From Leptolyngbyaceae cyanobacterium (lineage in GTDB: Bacteria > Cyanobacteriota > Cyanobacteriia > Phormidesmidales > Phormidesmidaceae), in contig JBHJHA010000020.1 of assembly GCA_050331235.1 (NCBI GenBank), positions 1 through 64,000 of the forward strand: a stretch of DNA of 64,000 nucleotides. Direction: 5' to 3'. A model generated the notes under the pieces. That model made no database searches. It was not told where the DNA came from and was given only the letters and a program-made list of their open reading frames with translations. Position numbers and translations under genes: made by a program. The first letter of the stretch is position 1. The number at the start of each line of letters is the position of its first letter. This document shows, in pieces, positions 39,843 through 50,624 of the stretch.

Positions 39843-39907
39843 AATAAATCTCAGACAGAATATCGTCTAAGGTATGCAATCGATGGCTCAAGCTTGGCCC
39901 TCAGAGC

Positions 39908-40192
39908 TTAGTAGCTGCGAGAAAAGCTGTCACGACGATTATTTTTATTTTCACGAGGCTTCGCCTTGTTGACTTTCAAGTCACGACCCATCCATTCAGC
40001 TCCATCGAGGGCATCGATAGCCTCGGTTTCATTCGCTTCGTCGCTGAGTTCGACAAACCCAAAACCTCTCATCCGACCTGTTTCGCGATCAACTGGTAGC
40101 TGAACTCGCTTGACTGAGCCATACTTCGAAAATACGGAATTTAAGTCGTCTTCCGTGACGTCATAGGACAGATTGCCAATATAAATAGACAT
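39908..40192 (-). CDS. rbp: Cyanobacterial RRM RNA-binding protein (Rbp)
   Basis: MSIYIGNL (RNP2), RGFGFVEL (RNP1) and WMGRDLKVNKAKPR. Confidence 0.95.
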   Translation of the reverse strand: MSIYIGNLSYDVTEDDLNSVFSKYGSVKRVQLPVDRETGRMRGFGFVELSDEANETEAIDALDGAEWMGRDLKVNKAKPRENKNNRRDSFSRSY

Positions 40193-40200
40193 ATTAGTTG

Positions 40201-40304
40201 TCTCCAAAATTGAACTGGACTTGAGAAGAGAATTTCGGAGAGAACCGTGTCAAAAGAAAAATGCAATTGCTTTTTAATACTTGAAACAAACGCTACAACC
40301 GATA
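40201..40304 (-). promoter_or_regulatory. Conserved rbp 5'-UTR boxes associated with cold-inducible rbp genes
   Basis: Minus strand TTTGTTTCAAGT (40290-40279), TCTCCGAA (40241-40234) and the complementary SD region TTTGGAGA (40208-40201). Confidence 0.7.
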
Positions 40305-41161
40305 CCTAACATCTTCACTTGCCTACCCTAACACTTGAAAGTCTTCATTGCAGGGTTTAGTCACAATTAAGTACACCAAACCGGTTAGCCACTATTGCAG
40401 CCGGATGGTGACCAGTTCAACAGAATTGCTCTAGCGCCCTGTCGAATTCCGCTTTGTTGCGATGCTTTGTTGCGATGCCTCTGGGAGGCTTACCAAAGCA
40501 GTAAGTGAACTGCAGTTAGAATTGGACGCTTTCATCGGTATTTAGCTGGCGATGGAGTTCGCCAGCGGCTCAGGGCATCCCACCACACTGAGCCGTATGG
40601 TAATACGACAAGCTATAAGCAGGCGATCACGCTGAACTGCTTCATACGCCTCCAGCGCAATTTATAGGAGAGACTTCTCCTGCCACCTGTATATCTCTGC
40701 GTTAGGACCCCTATGAACAGAGCCCTGAGATAGACTCAAAGACACGACGAATCAGGCATCTCTGCAGAAAGACAATCAACTAAAGCCAGTCTGACTTACG
40801 CTTCCGTCGATGCCAAAACCACAGAATCGCTAGCGGTAAACATGGCCACGGGACGAGTACGGAGCCCGCAAGTGCACCAGCGTATCTTGGTCCTATTTAG
40901 ACCCTGTCTAGCGAAGGTGCTTGCTTAAAACGCCACTGAGCAATGATAAAACGGCCAACATAATCATCCCAAGGCCAGCTGCTCGAAGGGATTTATCAAC
41001 ACTAGCTTCTTTCTCAGGCTCGACGGTAAAACCGACTGACTACAGAGCCGCGACACCAAAAACTGCTAACTCCCTTTATTGCAGAGTTTTGTTTAACTAA
41101 ATTGCTGCTAGCCCTTAGGTGCTGAGCTTCCCGAGGGCTGAAATCGCGCCCTCTACCACGA

Positions 41162-41929
41162 CTACTGCTGTGACTCAATCGTCGGTAAACGCTTCAGCTC
41201 ACGTACAGTTTGACCGCCCAGCTGCCAAAACTCAGTTTGCCCGTTGTTGAAGAGCAGCCGAACCTTCAAAGTCTGCTCTGGCAGTGCAGCAATTTCTGCT
41301 TGTACGGGAGTCAGATCAAATAGGACCGTGCCTGTACTGCACTCTACACCTGGAATGTAAGATGGCGGCGCGTAGGAGAACCCAACGGAAAACGGCGAAT
41401 AGTAGAACGGATCGTAGAACGGGTCAAAGTAAAAGGAGGAGCTCACATTGCTGACCCGAGGCGGGCGAATTTCGTTTAGATAAGACGCGCGAGAGGTTAC
41501 GACCTCATCAATCGTGGCTAAAGTTGCGTCACCGTCCATCAGCTGCATTTCCACAAGCTCGGCACCGGCAGCAGCCAACTGAGTGTCTTCAAAGCAGTAC
41601 TTGACGGCAACACCCAAAGCGTCACGGGCTGGAACATTCCCCCACAATGTAAACAGGCCAAGGTCGGGTTCCGCTGGGTTATAGTCTTGGTCTTTGACGG
41701 CGTAGGCAGCATTGTCGCCGATGATAAACAGTTCGCTAAAAGGGGCTTCACGAATTTCGGCGAGGGCAGCGGGGGAAATCTTGAGTTGTGATCCTTCAGT
41801 TGAGTCACTTTGAGCGATCGCATCGGTTTGAGTGACTACCGCAACCGTGCTGGCAGCGATGGCAGTGGCCGCCAGTCCATAACCAACTTGACTCAATTGC
41901 CTCATCCTCTCGCCCATGACTTTCCCCAC
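41162..41929 (-). CDS. Hypothetical exported protein
   Basis: Signal-like N-terminus ending AIA-Q; aromatic/Pro-rich segment YFDPFYDPFYYSPF; start uncertain. Confidence 0.75.
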   Translation of the reverse strand: MGKVMGERMRQLSQVGYGLAATAIAASTVAVVTQTDAIAQSDSTEGSQLKISPAALAEIREAPFSELFIIGDNAAYAVKDQDYNPAEPDLGLFTLWGNVPARDALGVAVKYCFEDTQLAAAGAELVEMQLMDGDATLATIDEVVTSRASYLNEIRPPRVSNVSSSFYFDPFYDPFYYSPFSVGFSYAPPSYIPGVECSTGTVLFDLTPVQAEIAALPEQTLKVRLLFNNGQTEFWQLGGQTVRELKRLPTIESQQ

Positions 41930-42023
41930 AGCAAAATATGTATGATTCGCTTACAGAATAGCGGAGAATTCTCGCAATATAAGCGTTGTCATCAAAATAT
42001 TGACTGTTGGTAAAACGAGTGAA

Positions 42024-42698
42024 TTACTTTATCGCCACTCTGACGGGTCGGGTCTTTGAAGGTGATTTTTCGCGCGATGGCTCTGTTGGTAAGCATAGAG
42101 GCTCGTCAGCGACCGTCAGGTAGGCGGTTGCTGGGCGGCGATCGCTCAAGACATCTCCGATCACCGCGACAAAGACCTTATCCCAGACGGGACCGACCTG
42201 GTCCATACTATCTTGCTCAACCTCAGGGACTAGCTGTCGAACTCGGGCAAAGATTTGCCCATGAAGTGCTTCCACCGTTAGCTCAGACCGCCGCATCTGC
42301 TCCTTAAGGGAGCGATCGCTCGACTGTGAGGGAGCCAAATATTTCAATCCGTCTTCGCTGATCACCGCTTGCATTCGCCACCACAGCACATTAGCCCATT
42401 CGAGCTGCTCCGAAGGGGGAAGGGCCGTAAAATCACCGCCACACCGAGTCACATAGTCAGCCACAACCTGATAAAACCAGTCAACATCGATATCGGAGGA
42501 AGCCAACAGATATTCCAGTTCCGAATCAATATCTTGAATCGGGGTGTCCAACAGCCCTTGTTTAAAAGCAACGAGCACATTTTGAGGGGCCGGTTCAGCA
42601 TCCGCAACCTGGATACGACTCACCAAAAACCTGCCACCGACCGCCAATGAAACGGCTAGCAATGTGATCGCAATGCGAACGCTTTTGGGTTTGCCCAT
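42024..42698 (-). CDS. Hypothetical protein with N-terminal signal or anchor
   Basis: 224-aa ORF; basic N-terminus plus a hydrophobic helix. Confidence 0.65.
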   Translation of the reverse strand: MGKPKSVRIAITLLAVSLAVGGRFLVSRIQVADAEPAPQNVLVAFKQGLLDTPIQDIDSELEYLLASSDIDVDWFYQVVADYVTRCGGDFTALPPSEQLEWANVLWWRMQAVISEDGLKYLAPSQSSDRSLKEQMRRSELTVEALHGQIFARVRQLVPEVEQDSMDQVGPVWDKVFVAVIGDVLSDRRPATAYLTVADEPLCLPTEPSREKSPSKTRPVRVAIK

Positions 42699-42952
42699 AG
42701 CGCTTTACCAGTTCAAATGTACTAAATTTAGCATTGTTTTTGATCTAAGTGCAATACCCTTGCAATTCTCCATCCTACCTAGGTCCCGATCTGACAGTCA
42801 AAAGCAGTTATTTCTCAGGTTTGGCGAAACGCTGTATGGATTTTGTATGGGCGATCGCGGCTTATCTACCGCTTGTGTAATACGACAGCCTAGATATAGT
42901 ACATAATAACTATTTTGCGGTACGATTACGGGACGTGTATGTCAGGATTGAT

Positions 42953-43420
42953 ATGTCGGTCAAAAAGTCGATGAGCATTCGTTTGCCCGAGGGATTAGTA
43001 GATGACCTCAAGGCAAAGGCTTCGGAAGAGGGGGTCTCGGTGACAGAAATGATCAATCGCTTTACCCGCATGGGGCTCAAATTTACGGCTGATGATCGCC
43101 TGCCTCTTTATGTCGGCACCTTGGAGCACAATGGCACTGTGGCTCCAGGGGTGGCGCGCCCTGTCCAAGAACCTAGCAACGGCTATTTGTCCAGCCAGTT
43201 GCTCTATCAGCCTCCCCTCGATGAGGAAATGGCCTCTCCCAGCAGTAAGTCTGACAAACATGAAAGGCTATTAGAGGGCTTTGAAAAATTCATCGCCATT
43301 TTGGACCTTTCCATGAGCTATTTGGCCGATGATAGAAATCGCGAAAGCGTCTTAGAGACGATTGGTGAACTCGCCAAGTTGAAAACTCGATTGAAATTTG
43401 ACCCCTGCTTTAAAGATTGA
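42953..43420 (+). CDS. Ribbon-helix-helix (CopG-like) domain protein
   Basis: KSMSIRLPEGLVDDLKAKASEEGVSVTEMINR. Confidence 0.75.
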   Translation: MSVKKSMSIRLPEGLVDDLKAKASEEGVSVTEMINRFTRMGLKFTADDRLPLYVGTLEHNGTVAPGVARPVQEPSNGYLSSQLLYQPPLDEEMASPSSKSDKHERLLEGFEKFIAILDLSMSYLADDRNRESVLETIGELAKLKTRLKFDPCFKD

Positions 43421-43454
43421 GATTGATCGCGGAGCACTCATCGGGGCAGAACCT

Positions 43455-43919
43455 ATGCAAATACGGCAGGCGATCGTGGCAGATGTGCCTCAATTAGCGA
43501 TTTTGTATTACGACACTGTGAGCCAGCACGGACCGACGTACTACACCGCTCATCAGACCCAGGCTTGGGCTAATTTCGTCACCGATGCGGAGTCGTTTCG
43601 ACGGTTCATCCTCGATGTCAGGACTTATATCGCTGAAGAGTCGGGTATACGACTGGGCTTTGGGGGCATCAGCCCCGCCGGTCGGATTACTTCGCTCTAC
43701 GTTCATCGGGCCCATCTTGGTGAAGGCATCGGGTCGCGACTCTTACAGCATTTGATCGCGCAAGCCGAAGGCGATCAAATGCCCCGTCTGTATGCCGAGG
43801 CCAGCCGATTTAGTCTTGGCCTATTTGAAAAGTTTGGCTTTCGTCAGTACGACATCGAAACGGTAGAACGCTCTGGTGTCCTGTTTGAACGCTATTTGGT
43901 CGAGAAGTGGTTGCACTAA
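43455..43919 (+). CDS. GNAT-family N-acetyltransferase
   Basis: LYVHRAHLGEGIGSRLL and LFEKFGF; start adjusted to MQIRQA. Confidence 0.85.
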   Translation: MQIRQAIVADVPQLAILYYDTVSQHGPTYYTAHQTQAWANFVTDAESFRRFILDVRTYIAEESGIRLGFGGISPAGRITSLYVHRAHLGEGIGSRLLQHLIAQAEGDQMPRLYAEASRFSLGLFEKFGFRQYDIETVERSGVLFERYLVEKWLH

Positions 43920-43942
43920 CGACCAAGATGTCTCGCCATAGC

Positions 43943-44410
43943 TCAGGTAGTTAGGCCAAACTCTTTAAGCGCGGGAAGAAAGTTGCGGTTTTCATGGCCT
44001 GGGCGGCTGAGCTTATACAGGGCAAAGCGCTGGAGGGGAGAGAGCCTCGCCCACTGGCTCAGGGTCATCGTGACGTCAAACTGAGCGGCTTGCTCTTGCA
44101 CCGTTGGCGGCACCTGGTCAGCCTGTAGCCAAGGTGGTTGCGGGTCAATGGCCAAATCCTTGGGAGGGGCGTCAAAATGTTGCTGCACAAGATTTTGCAA
44201 AAGCTTACGGTAATCGGCGATCGCTGTTTTGCTATCGCAGGGGTGCGTCACCAGACGCTCGCGATCGCTAACCGAGAACTGATGCCAATGTTCTAGCTTC
44301 AGCTTGACGCCACAGGTATCTAGTTTGTATCGCACCTGCATTGGAATGCATCTTAGGGAATCGACAAAATCAGCCTCAAATTGGAAGAAAGTTAAATCTG
44401 AAGTAGCCAT
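43943..44410 (-). CDS. narM: Nitrate reductase maturation protein NarM
   Basis: FQFEADFVDSLRCIPMQVRYKLD...LQRFALYKLSRPGHENRNF; downstream of narB. Confidence 0.9.
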   Translation of the reverse strand: MATSDLTFFQFEADFVDSLRCIPMQVRYKLDTCGVKLKLEHWHQFSVSDRERLVTHPCDSKTAIADYRKLLQNLVQQHFDAPPKDLAIDPQPPWLQADQVPPTVQEQAAQFDVTMTLSQWARLSPLQRFALYKLSRPGHENRNFLPALKEFGLTT

Positions 44411-44477
44411 ATTAGGGTTCTGCTCGGGTCAAAAGGTTGCTTCGTTGTCTCACGCTTGCCATAGTAGATAGGCCGGC

Positions 44478-46694
44478 CTAGGGATGTAATACGGCAGGTC
44501 TTTGCGACCTTTCCCAGGGAGTGCCGAGGGTTTGGAGATCGCGCGCCGCTTGCAGCATCTCTTCTGAAAGGGGAACGACCGCCACAGCGCTGGCCTTTAG
44601 CTCTGGCTGGAGTGAAATTGGGCAAACTGTCGGATGGGTCAAGGCATTACATTCTGCTGCATCGGCCCACAAAGCGCCCCAGTGCATGGGAATAAAGAGG
44701 ACGCCTCGGCGCATGTATTGGGTGACGTGAACTTTTAGTCGAGCCATGCCCCGGCGCGATCGCACCTCGACCCAGTCGCCAGACTGGAGTTTGAGATGTT
44801 GAGCATCAATGGGGTTCATTTCTAGCAGGGGCTCAGGATGCATCTTGCGAATTTTGTCGATGCGCCCGGTGCGGCTCTGGGTGTGCCAGTGGCCATAAAG
44901 GCGACCATTGGTCAAAACAAAGGGGAAATTGGGATCGGGCGGTTCGGTCAACCCTTTTTCATGGAAGGCGGCAAAATTAGCCCGACCATTGGACGTTGGG
45001 AACAGATGGTCCGCATACAGCCGCTTATCATGCTTGGTCGACGCCGTAGCCTCAGTCTCAGTTTGCGGGCAGGGCCACTGAATAGGGCCTTCAGCCGCGA
45101 GCCGCCCATGGCTGAGCCCTGTCATATCGCAGACGCGGCCAGCGGTGAGTTGTATGAACTCGGCGTAGACTTCTGCGGCATCTTGAAAAGCAAATTGCTG
45201 TTCAAAGCCGAGCCGTCGCCCCACTGCGGCAAAAATTTCCCAGTCGGCGCGGGCTTCGCCGGGCCGAGATCGAAAGGCCGGGCAATAGGTGACCGTGCGC
45301 TCAGAGTTAGTCATAATGCCGGTCTTTTCGCCCCACTGGGCAGCGGGTAGCAGCACATGGGCATACTCAGCAGTTTCGGTGGGATAGTAGGCGTCTTGCA
45401 GCACCGTGAAGGGCGATCGCCGCAGCGCTTGTTTAGTGCGTTCAATATCGGGCATGCTGACGGCTGGGTTCGTCGCAGCCACCCATAAAACGCCCACTGC
45501 TCCTTGCTCGAGCCCTACCATCATGTCCCAAGCGGCGAGACCAGGAGTCGGAGAAATGCTGCCCTCTGGTAAGCCCCAGGCGGCTTCGACCGCACGGCGA
45601 TGTTCGGGATTTTTGACTAAGCGATAACCCGGCAAAATGTGCGACAGCCCACCGGCTTCGCGACCGCCCATGGCGTTAGGTTGACCAGTCAAAGAAAATG
45701 GGCCGGAGCCGGGTCGACCAATTTGCCCAGTCATCAAATGTAGGTTGATCAGAGTCCGGGCTTTGGCCGTGCCGTCAGAAAACTGATTTAACCCCATTGA
45801 CCAGAGAGACAGCACTCGCTTAGAGCGGCCCCAGTAACGGGCGGCGGTTTCCAGATCATCTACGGTGATGCCACAGACCGCGGCGACATGCTCCGGCGGA
45901 TATTGATCAATGATCTGTACGTAGTCGGTAAAGCCTTTGGTGGCTTCATCAATAAAGAGCGCGTCAATCCAGCGCTGGCGCAACAAAATGTGCGCGATGC
46001 CGTGCATCAGCGTAATGTCGGTGCCGGGACGAATCGCTAGGTGCAGATCGGCTTCCTTCGCGGTTTCGGTGCGGCGCGGGTCAACCACGACGAGTTTGAC
46101 TTTGCCTTTTTTCTTGCGGTGGTACTTGCGAAACCGGTTAAACACAATCGGATGACATTCGGCGGTATTTGTCCCGATCAAAAAGGCACAGTCGGTTTGC
46201 TCTAGATCGTCGTAGCAGGGTGGCGGACCGTCTGAGCCAAAACTTTGAATGTAAGCGGCTACTGCAGACGACATACAGAGCCGCGAGTTGGCGTCAAAAT
46301 TATTGGTGCCCAGGCAGCCTTTCAACAGCTTTTGGGCCGTGTAGTAATCTTCGGTCTGTAACTGACCGGAGCCATACATGCAGACGGCTTCGGGCCCCTG
46401 GGTCTCGACCACTTGGCGAATCCGACCGGCGATCGCATCTAGCGCTTCTTCCCAGCTGACCTGACGAAAGGGCTGATCTAGGGAGTCGCGCAGCATGGGA
46501 TACAGGAGCCGGTTTTTGTCCAAGGCATCTGCAATGGTGGCCCCTTTGACACAGACCATACCTTGGCTAGAGGGATGATCGCGATCGCCGCGCACAATAT
46601 AGTTGTTGCTCGCTTCAACCGAGCGGCCAATGGGAGCCACATCGAGCCCGCAGCCGACTCCGCAATAGGGGCAAAGCGTCTTGATCGAAGTCAT
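44478..46694 (-). CDS. narB: Ferredoxin-nitrate reductase (Mo-bisPGD)
   Basis: [33 protein letters not shown] and SLQPELK; start adjusted. Confidence 0.95.
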   Translation of the reverse strand: MTSIKTLCPYCGVGCGLDVAPIGRSVEASNNYIVRGDRDHPSSQGMVCVKGATIADALDKNRLLYPMLRDSLDQPFRQVSWEEALDAIAGRIRQVVETQGPEAVCMYGSGQLQTEDYYTAQKLLKGCLGTNNFDANSRLCMSSAVAAYIQSFGSDGPPPCYDDLEQTDCAFLIGTNTAECHPIVFNRFRKYHRKKKGKVKLVVVDPRRTETAKEADLHLAIRPGTDITLMHGIAHILLRQRWIDALFIDEATKGFTDYVQIIDQYPPEHVAAVCGITVDDLETAARYWGRSKRVLSLWSMGLNQFSDGTAKARTLINLHLMTGQIGRPGSGPFSLTGQPNAMGGREAGGLSHILPGYRLVKNPEHRRAVEAAWGLPEGSISPTPGLAAWDMMVGLEQGAVGVLWVAATNPAVSMPDIERTKQALRRSPFTVLQDAYYPTETAEYAHVLLPAAQWGEKTGIMTNSERTVTYCPAFRSRPGEARADWEIFAAVGRRLGFEQQFAFQDAAEVYAEFIQLTAGRVCDMTGLSHGRLAAEGPIQWPCPQTETEATASTKHDKRLYADHLFPTSNGRANFAAFHEKGLTEPPDPNFPFVLTNGRLYGHWHTQSRTGRIDKIRKMHPEPLLEMNPIDAQHLKLQSGDWVEVRSRRGMARLKVHVTQYMRRGVLFIPMHWGALWADAAECNALTHPTVCPISLQPELKASAVAVVPLSEEMLQAARDLQTLGTPWERSQRPAVLHP

Positions 46695-46856
46695 AACGGT
46701 CAACCTAACGGGGATAAACGAACGAAGCTCCGAATCGACTAGATGCCACGGAGCAGCGTCCTCACGGCGGGATTTAGACGCTGGCAATCAGTTCGACTCG
46801 GGTAAAAAGCTGTGGCCATGCCGCCAAGGGAAATGTTTCTGAGCAACAATAGCGGC

Positions 46857-46909
46857 AAAAAAGCCGGGAGAAGACTTCATCATTGCAATGATGTCCTTTT
46901 CCCCCGGCT
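46857..46909 (-). terminator. Long stem-loop plus U-tract between nrtP and narB
   Basis: Minus strand AGCCGGGGGAAAAGGACATCATTGCAATGATGAAGTCTTCTCCCGGCTTTTTT. Confidence 0.7.
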
Positions 46910-46962
46910 ACTGTCTGATCGTGAATGGGAACTCAATCAGGACTTCCCAAAGCGCGGACGTT

Positions 46963-48588
46963 TTACATCAAACGTGCCGACTGCTCATTGGGCAGAGCCG
47001 TAGGATGGAGCGCTGCATTAGGGTCTTCACCTTCATGGAACTCAGCAAAAGATCCCTTGGGCTCTTCCATAAAGAAGACACATAGAATGGCCACAATCAA
47101 ACCGCCGATTCCCAAAACTTGGAAAAACTGAGCGTTGACGGTAGACATAACGGCGTTTCCAGCATTGGCGGCTGCCGACGCATCGACAAATAAGAGACGG
47201 GTTGTTAAGTAAGCCACCGCACCGACGTTACCGTAAGCGCCAACGTTACCCGCAATCTGACCGGTCACCTTACGCTTGACCAACGGCACCATGGCAAAGG
47301 TTGCCCCTTCGGAAGACTGTACGAAGAAAGAGCAAGCCATGGTCAACAAGACCGCCAGCGGTAGTGGCCAAGCACTGCTAACTGTGCTCATCATTAGATA
47401 GCCAATCCCCATACCGGCAGTTAAGATAACCATCGTCCACTTGCGGCTGCCCATCTTGTCAGAGATGAGGCCGCCACCCGGCCGGGAAGCTAAGTTCATA
47501 AAGGCGTAGCTGGCCGCAATCGTACCGGCAGTTGCTTTGTCCAGACCAAAGGTGCCTTCAAAGAACGCGGGGAGCATGGTGACCACAGCTAACTCCGAAC
47601 CAAAGTTAACAATGTAAGTTAGCTCCAGCATAGCGACTTGCTTAAAGCGATAGCGCTCTTCGGGGGAGTAGGTCTTAGCACCCGAAAGCAAGTCTTTGTT
47701 CACTGCCCAGCAGTTGTAAGTTTGAAATGCGTACAGCCCCAGCAAACACGCCCAAGCAATATACATACCACCAATGGTGAGGAAGTTGACCTTGGTCAAG
47801 CGCCATGCCAACACCATCAAAATTGCGGTGAGGGGAATGTTCATGATCAGCAGGAACCAGAAGTCACGCACGGAGGTGACTTCAAGGCCACGAGCGCTTT
47901 TGGGACGCTGATACACCTTGCCAGGCGGCGTATCGGTCACATTGAAGTAGTAAAAGATACCGTATAAAGCACCAATGACACCAGTACCAGCGATCGCCGC
48001 GCGCCAGTTCAAAATGTCAGTCTGAAAGGGGGGAAACAGCAAAACGCGGAAGTTCTCAGCCTCAGGGAACTGGAAAGCACCGGGCAAGAAAGCCAGCGCC
48101 AAGCCAAACAGCACCATAGTGAAGGCAGAAAACGCGGAACCGAAGTTACCCCAACCGCCGTAGATCCCTTCAGCCGTGCCCACCTCCTTGGGAGGAAACC
48201 ACTCGGCAGTCATCCGGATGCCGATAACGAAGCCAGCACCCACAATACCCATGAGCAAACGCCCCAGCACGAGCTGGTTAAAGCTTTGGGCGGTGGCAAA
48301 GATAAAGCAAGGAATGGCAGCGTAAACAAGCAAGACAGAGTAGGTCAAACGAGGTCCATACTTGTCCAGCAGCATCCCGATAATGATGCGAGCAGGGACA
48401 GTCAGGGCCACGTTACAGAGACCAATGGTGCCAACCTGAGCGGGCTCCAACCCAAAATCCTGAGCGATGGTGGTCGCAAAGGGGGGAAAGTTAAACCAGA
48501 TTACAAACGTTAGGAAAAAGGCAAACCAGGTCAGGTGCAGGACTCTGTACCTTCCCTGAGTTGCTTTAGTAAACAACTCAACGAGCAT
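46963..48588 (-). CDS. nrtP: NarK-family MFS nitrate/nitrite transporter
   Basis: LHLTWFAF, EGIYGGWGNFG, NFGSEL, RPGGGLISD and GNVGAYGNVG. Confidence 0.92.
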   Translation of the reverse strand: MLVELFTKATQGRYRVLHLTWFAFFLTFVIWFNFPPFATTIAQDFGLEPAQVGTIGLCNVALTVPARIIIGMLLDKYGPRLTYSVLLVYAAIPCFIFATAQSFNQLVLGRLLMGIVGAGFVIGIRMTAEWFPPKEVGTAEGIYGGWGNFGSAFSAFTMVLFGLALAFLPGAFQFPEAENFRVLLFPPFQTDILNWRAAIAGTGVIGALYGIFYYFNVTDTPPGKVYQRPKSARGLEVTSVRDFWFLLIMNIPLTAILMVLAWRLTKVNFLTIGGMYIAWACLLGLYAFQTYNCWAVNKDLLSGAKTYSPEERYRFKQVAMLELTYIVNFGSELAVVTMLPAFFEGTFGLDKATAGTIAASYAFMNLASRPGGGLISDKMGSRKWTMVILTAGMGIGYLMMSTVSSAWPLPLAVLLTMACSFFVQSSEGATFAMVPLVKRKVTGQIAGNVGAYGNVGAVAYLTTRLLFVDASAAANAGNAVMSTVNAQFFQVLGIGGLIVAILCVFFMEEPKGSFAEFHEGEDPNAALHPTALPNEQSARLM

Positions 48589-48727
48589 TCGTGCTAATCT
48601 CCTAGTAAACCAAGAAACGACTCAAACCTTGTCGGGCTTATGCTCCCAAGGTTTTTTTCTTTTCACAGACACACTCCCCAGACGGGGATCTCGATGGGCA
48701 ACGCCACAGTCGTCGCTGCCCAAAGCT

Positions 48728-50314
48728 TTATTCGGCGATCGTCACTTCGACTTGGCCGTTGCGGTCAGCCCTGCTATCTGCAGGTTGCGCGCCGAAGTGC
48801 TCAGTCAATAACCCGGTGAGCACTTCGGGCAAATCATCACAGGGCACCCCTTTTTGCACACAGGTCCCGAGGTGGGCATCCTTGCCTACTTTGCCGCCCA
48901 TGTAAATATCAACGCCCTCTGCCGGCTTGCCATCCTTCCGTACTTTGGTACCCATGAGGCCAATATCGGCCACCTGCGGTTGGCCACAGGAGTTGGGACA
49001 GCCCGTCCAGTGAATGCGGACAGACTGGGGGAGGCTCAGGGTGGCATCCAGCTGTCGCGCAATGGCGATCGCCCGCTGCTTTGTCTCTACCAGGGCAAAG
49101 TTGCAAAACTGAGCCCCAGTGCAGGAAACCAGCGATCGCACCAGCGGGCTCGGAGCGGTAGAAAAACGCGACAGCAAAGACTCTCCCATCAACAGATCCA
49201 ACCGGGTATCGGGAATGTAAGGAATGATGATGTTTTGCTCCACTGTCAGACGAATTTCACCTTCGCCATAAACATCCGCGATGCGCGCTACATCAAACAT
49301 GTCTCGGGCCGACAGGCGACCCACAGGAACGTGTAGACCGACATAGCTCAGACCCGGCTGCTGCTGAGGATGAATGCCAACGTGATCACGCTTATCCCAA
49401 TCAATTTCATCTTCGTCAGCGGCACTTAGTAGGGATTTGCCGTAGACCTTTTCGACTTCTGCGCGAAAAGTCTCCATACCCCACTCGTCAATCAGCCACA
49501 ATAGCCGCGCCTTCTGACGATTGACCCGCAGGCCGTGATCGCGGTAGACCAGCAAAATTGCTCGAGACAATGCAACCACGTCTTCATTGGGCTCAACCCA
49601 GGCATTTAAAGGCACTGCGGCCTCACACCGGCGAGCGGAGAAAAACCCGCCAACCAATACATTGAAGCCAAGCTTGCCTTCGCGATAGGCCGGCACAAAC
49701 GCGATGTCGTTGATTTCCGCATGAACCGCATTATCACGTCCGCCCTCAACCGCAATGTTGAACTTGCGAGGTAGATTGGTAAACTCCGGGTTGCCCTCAC
49801 CGCGATCGGTGATCATATCCTGCAGTGCCCTTACTAAGCCGCGAGTATCAATCAGCTCATTAGCATCAATACCTGCCACTGGCGAACCGGTGATGTTGCG
49901 CACGTTGTCCATGCCAGACTGCATGGAAGTAAGACCCACCGCTTCAAACCGATGGAAAATATCAGGAATGTCCTCAAGGCGAATGCCCCGCAGCTGAAGA
50001 TTTTGGCGGGTGGTAATATCCGCACTGCCGTCATCCCCATATCGCTGCACAACCTCAGCTAGCACCTTCATCTTCTGGCTTGATAAAATGCCGTTGGGCA
50101 TTCGCAGCCGCAACATAAACTTGCCCGGCGTGACGGGTCTAAAGAAAATGCCAAGCCACTTCAACCGCTGGGTCAAATCAGTTTCATCAACGGATTCCCA
50201 ACCAAGCTCCGCAAACTTCTCAAGCTCTGACTTGACGGCAAGACCGTCTTTCTCAGCCTTGAACTTCTCAAACTTGTTGAGTTTTCCGGTTGACTTTTGA
50301 GCTGCGCTTACCAC
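48728..50314 (-). CDS. nirA: Ferredoxin-nitrite reductase
   Basis: LNKFEKFK, ITTRQNLQLRG, NLPRKFN, CTGAQFC and TGCPNSCGQ. Confidence 0.95.
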   Translation of the reverse strand: MVSAAQKSTGKLNKFEKFKAEKDGLAVKSELEKFAELGWESVDETDLTQRLKWLGIFFRPVTPGKFMLRLRMPNGILSSQKMKVLAEVVQRYGDDGSADITTRQNLQLRGIRLEDIPDIFHRFEAVGLTSMQSGMDNVRNITGSPVAGIDANELIDTRGLVRALQDMITDRGEGNPEFTNLPRKFNIAVEGGRDNAVHAEINDIAFVPAYREGKLGFNVLVGGFFSARRCEAAVPLNAWVEPNEDVVALSRAILLVYRDHGLRVNRQKARLLWLIDEWGMETFRAEVEKVYGKSLLSAADEDEIDWDKRDHVGIHPQQQPGLSYVGLHVPVGRLSARDMFDVARIADVYGEGEIRLTVEQNIIIPYIPDTRLDLLMGESLLSRFSTAPSPLVRSLVSCTGAQFCNFALVETKQRAIAIARQLDATLSLPQSVRIHWTGCPNSCGQPQVADIGLMGTKVRKDGKPAEGVDIYMGGKVGKDAHLGTCVQKGVPCDDLPEVLTGLLTEHFGAQPADSRADRNGQVEVTIAE

Positions 50315-50529
50315 AATATCTGGGCCCCTTTAGGCACAACATTTATCAAAACGAGCGTTACAAGAACGGTTGCCTGCCATGGTGAGCCAATCGCATCCAC
50401 AAAAAAGTGCACACATAACATGTGCCACCTCAGGCGATTTTCACCAAGTTGAAGTTGCGCTCGCCGCTGATTTGCAAAAGATGAGGACGTCATCTGTCAG
50501 TTGGCTGACAAGTTTCAATCACATGGCAC

Positions 50530-50624
50530 AAGTTAGGCGAGGAAAAACTGCTTTTTTGTATCGAGTGTTACGCTTCTTTTCGAGGGTTGCACTGAATGCA
50601 TCGCATCTATGCGTTAAGCGCATA
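50530..50624 (-). promoter_or_regulatory. nirA promoter: -10 box, NtcA site and upstream LysR (NtcB-like) dyad
   Basis: GTA-N8-TAC at 50558-50571, 22 nt from TAACTT (50535-50530); dyad TATGCG-TTAAG-CGCATA at 50608-50624. Confidence 0.85.

Noticed and set aside
40545..40600. Functional fluoride riboswitch
   Set aside because: The 3' pseudoknot strand and a downstream gene are absent; kept only as a low-interest finding.
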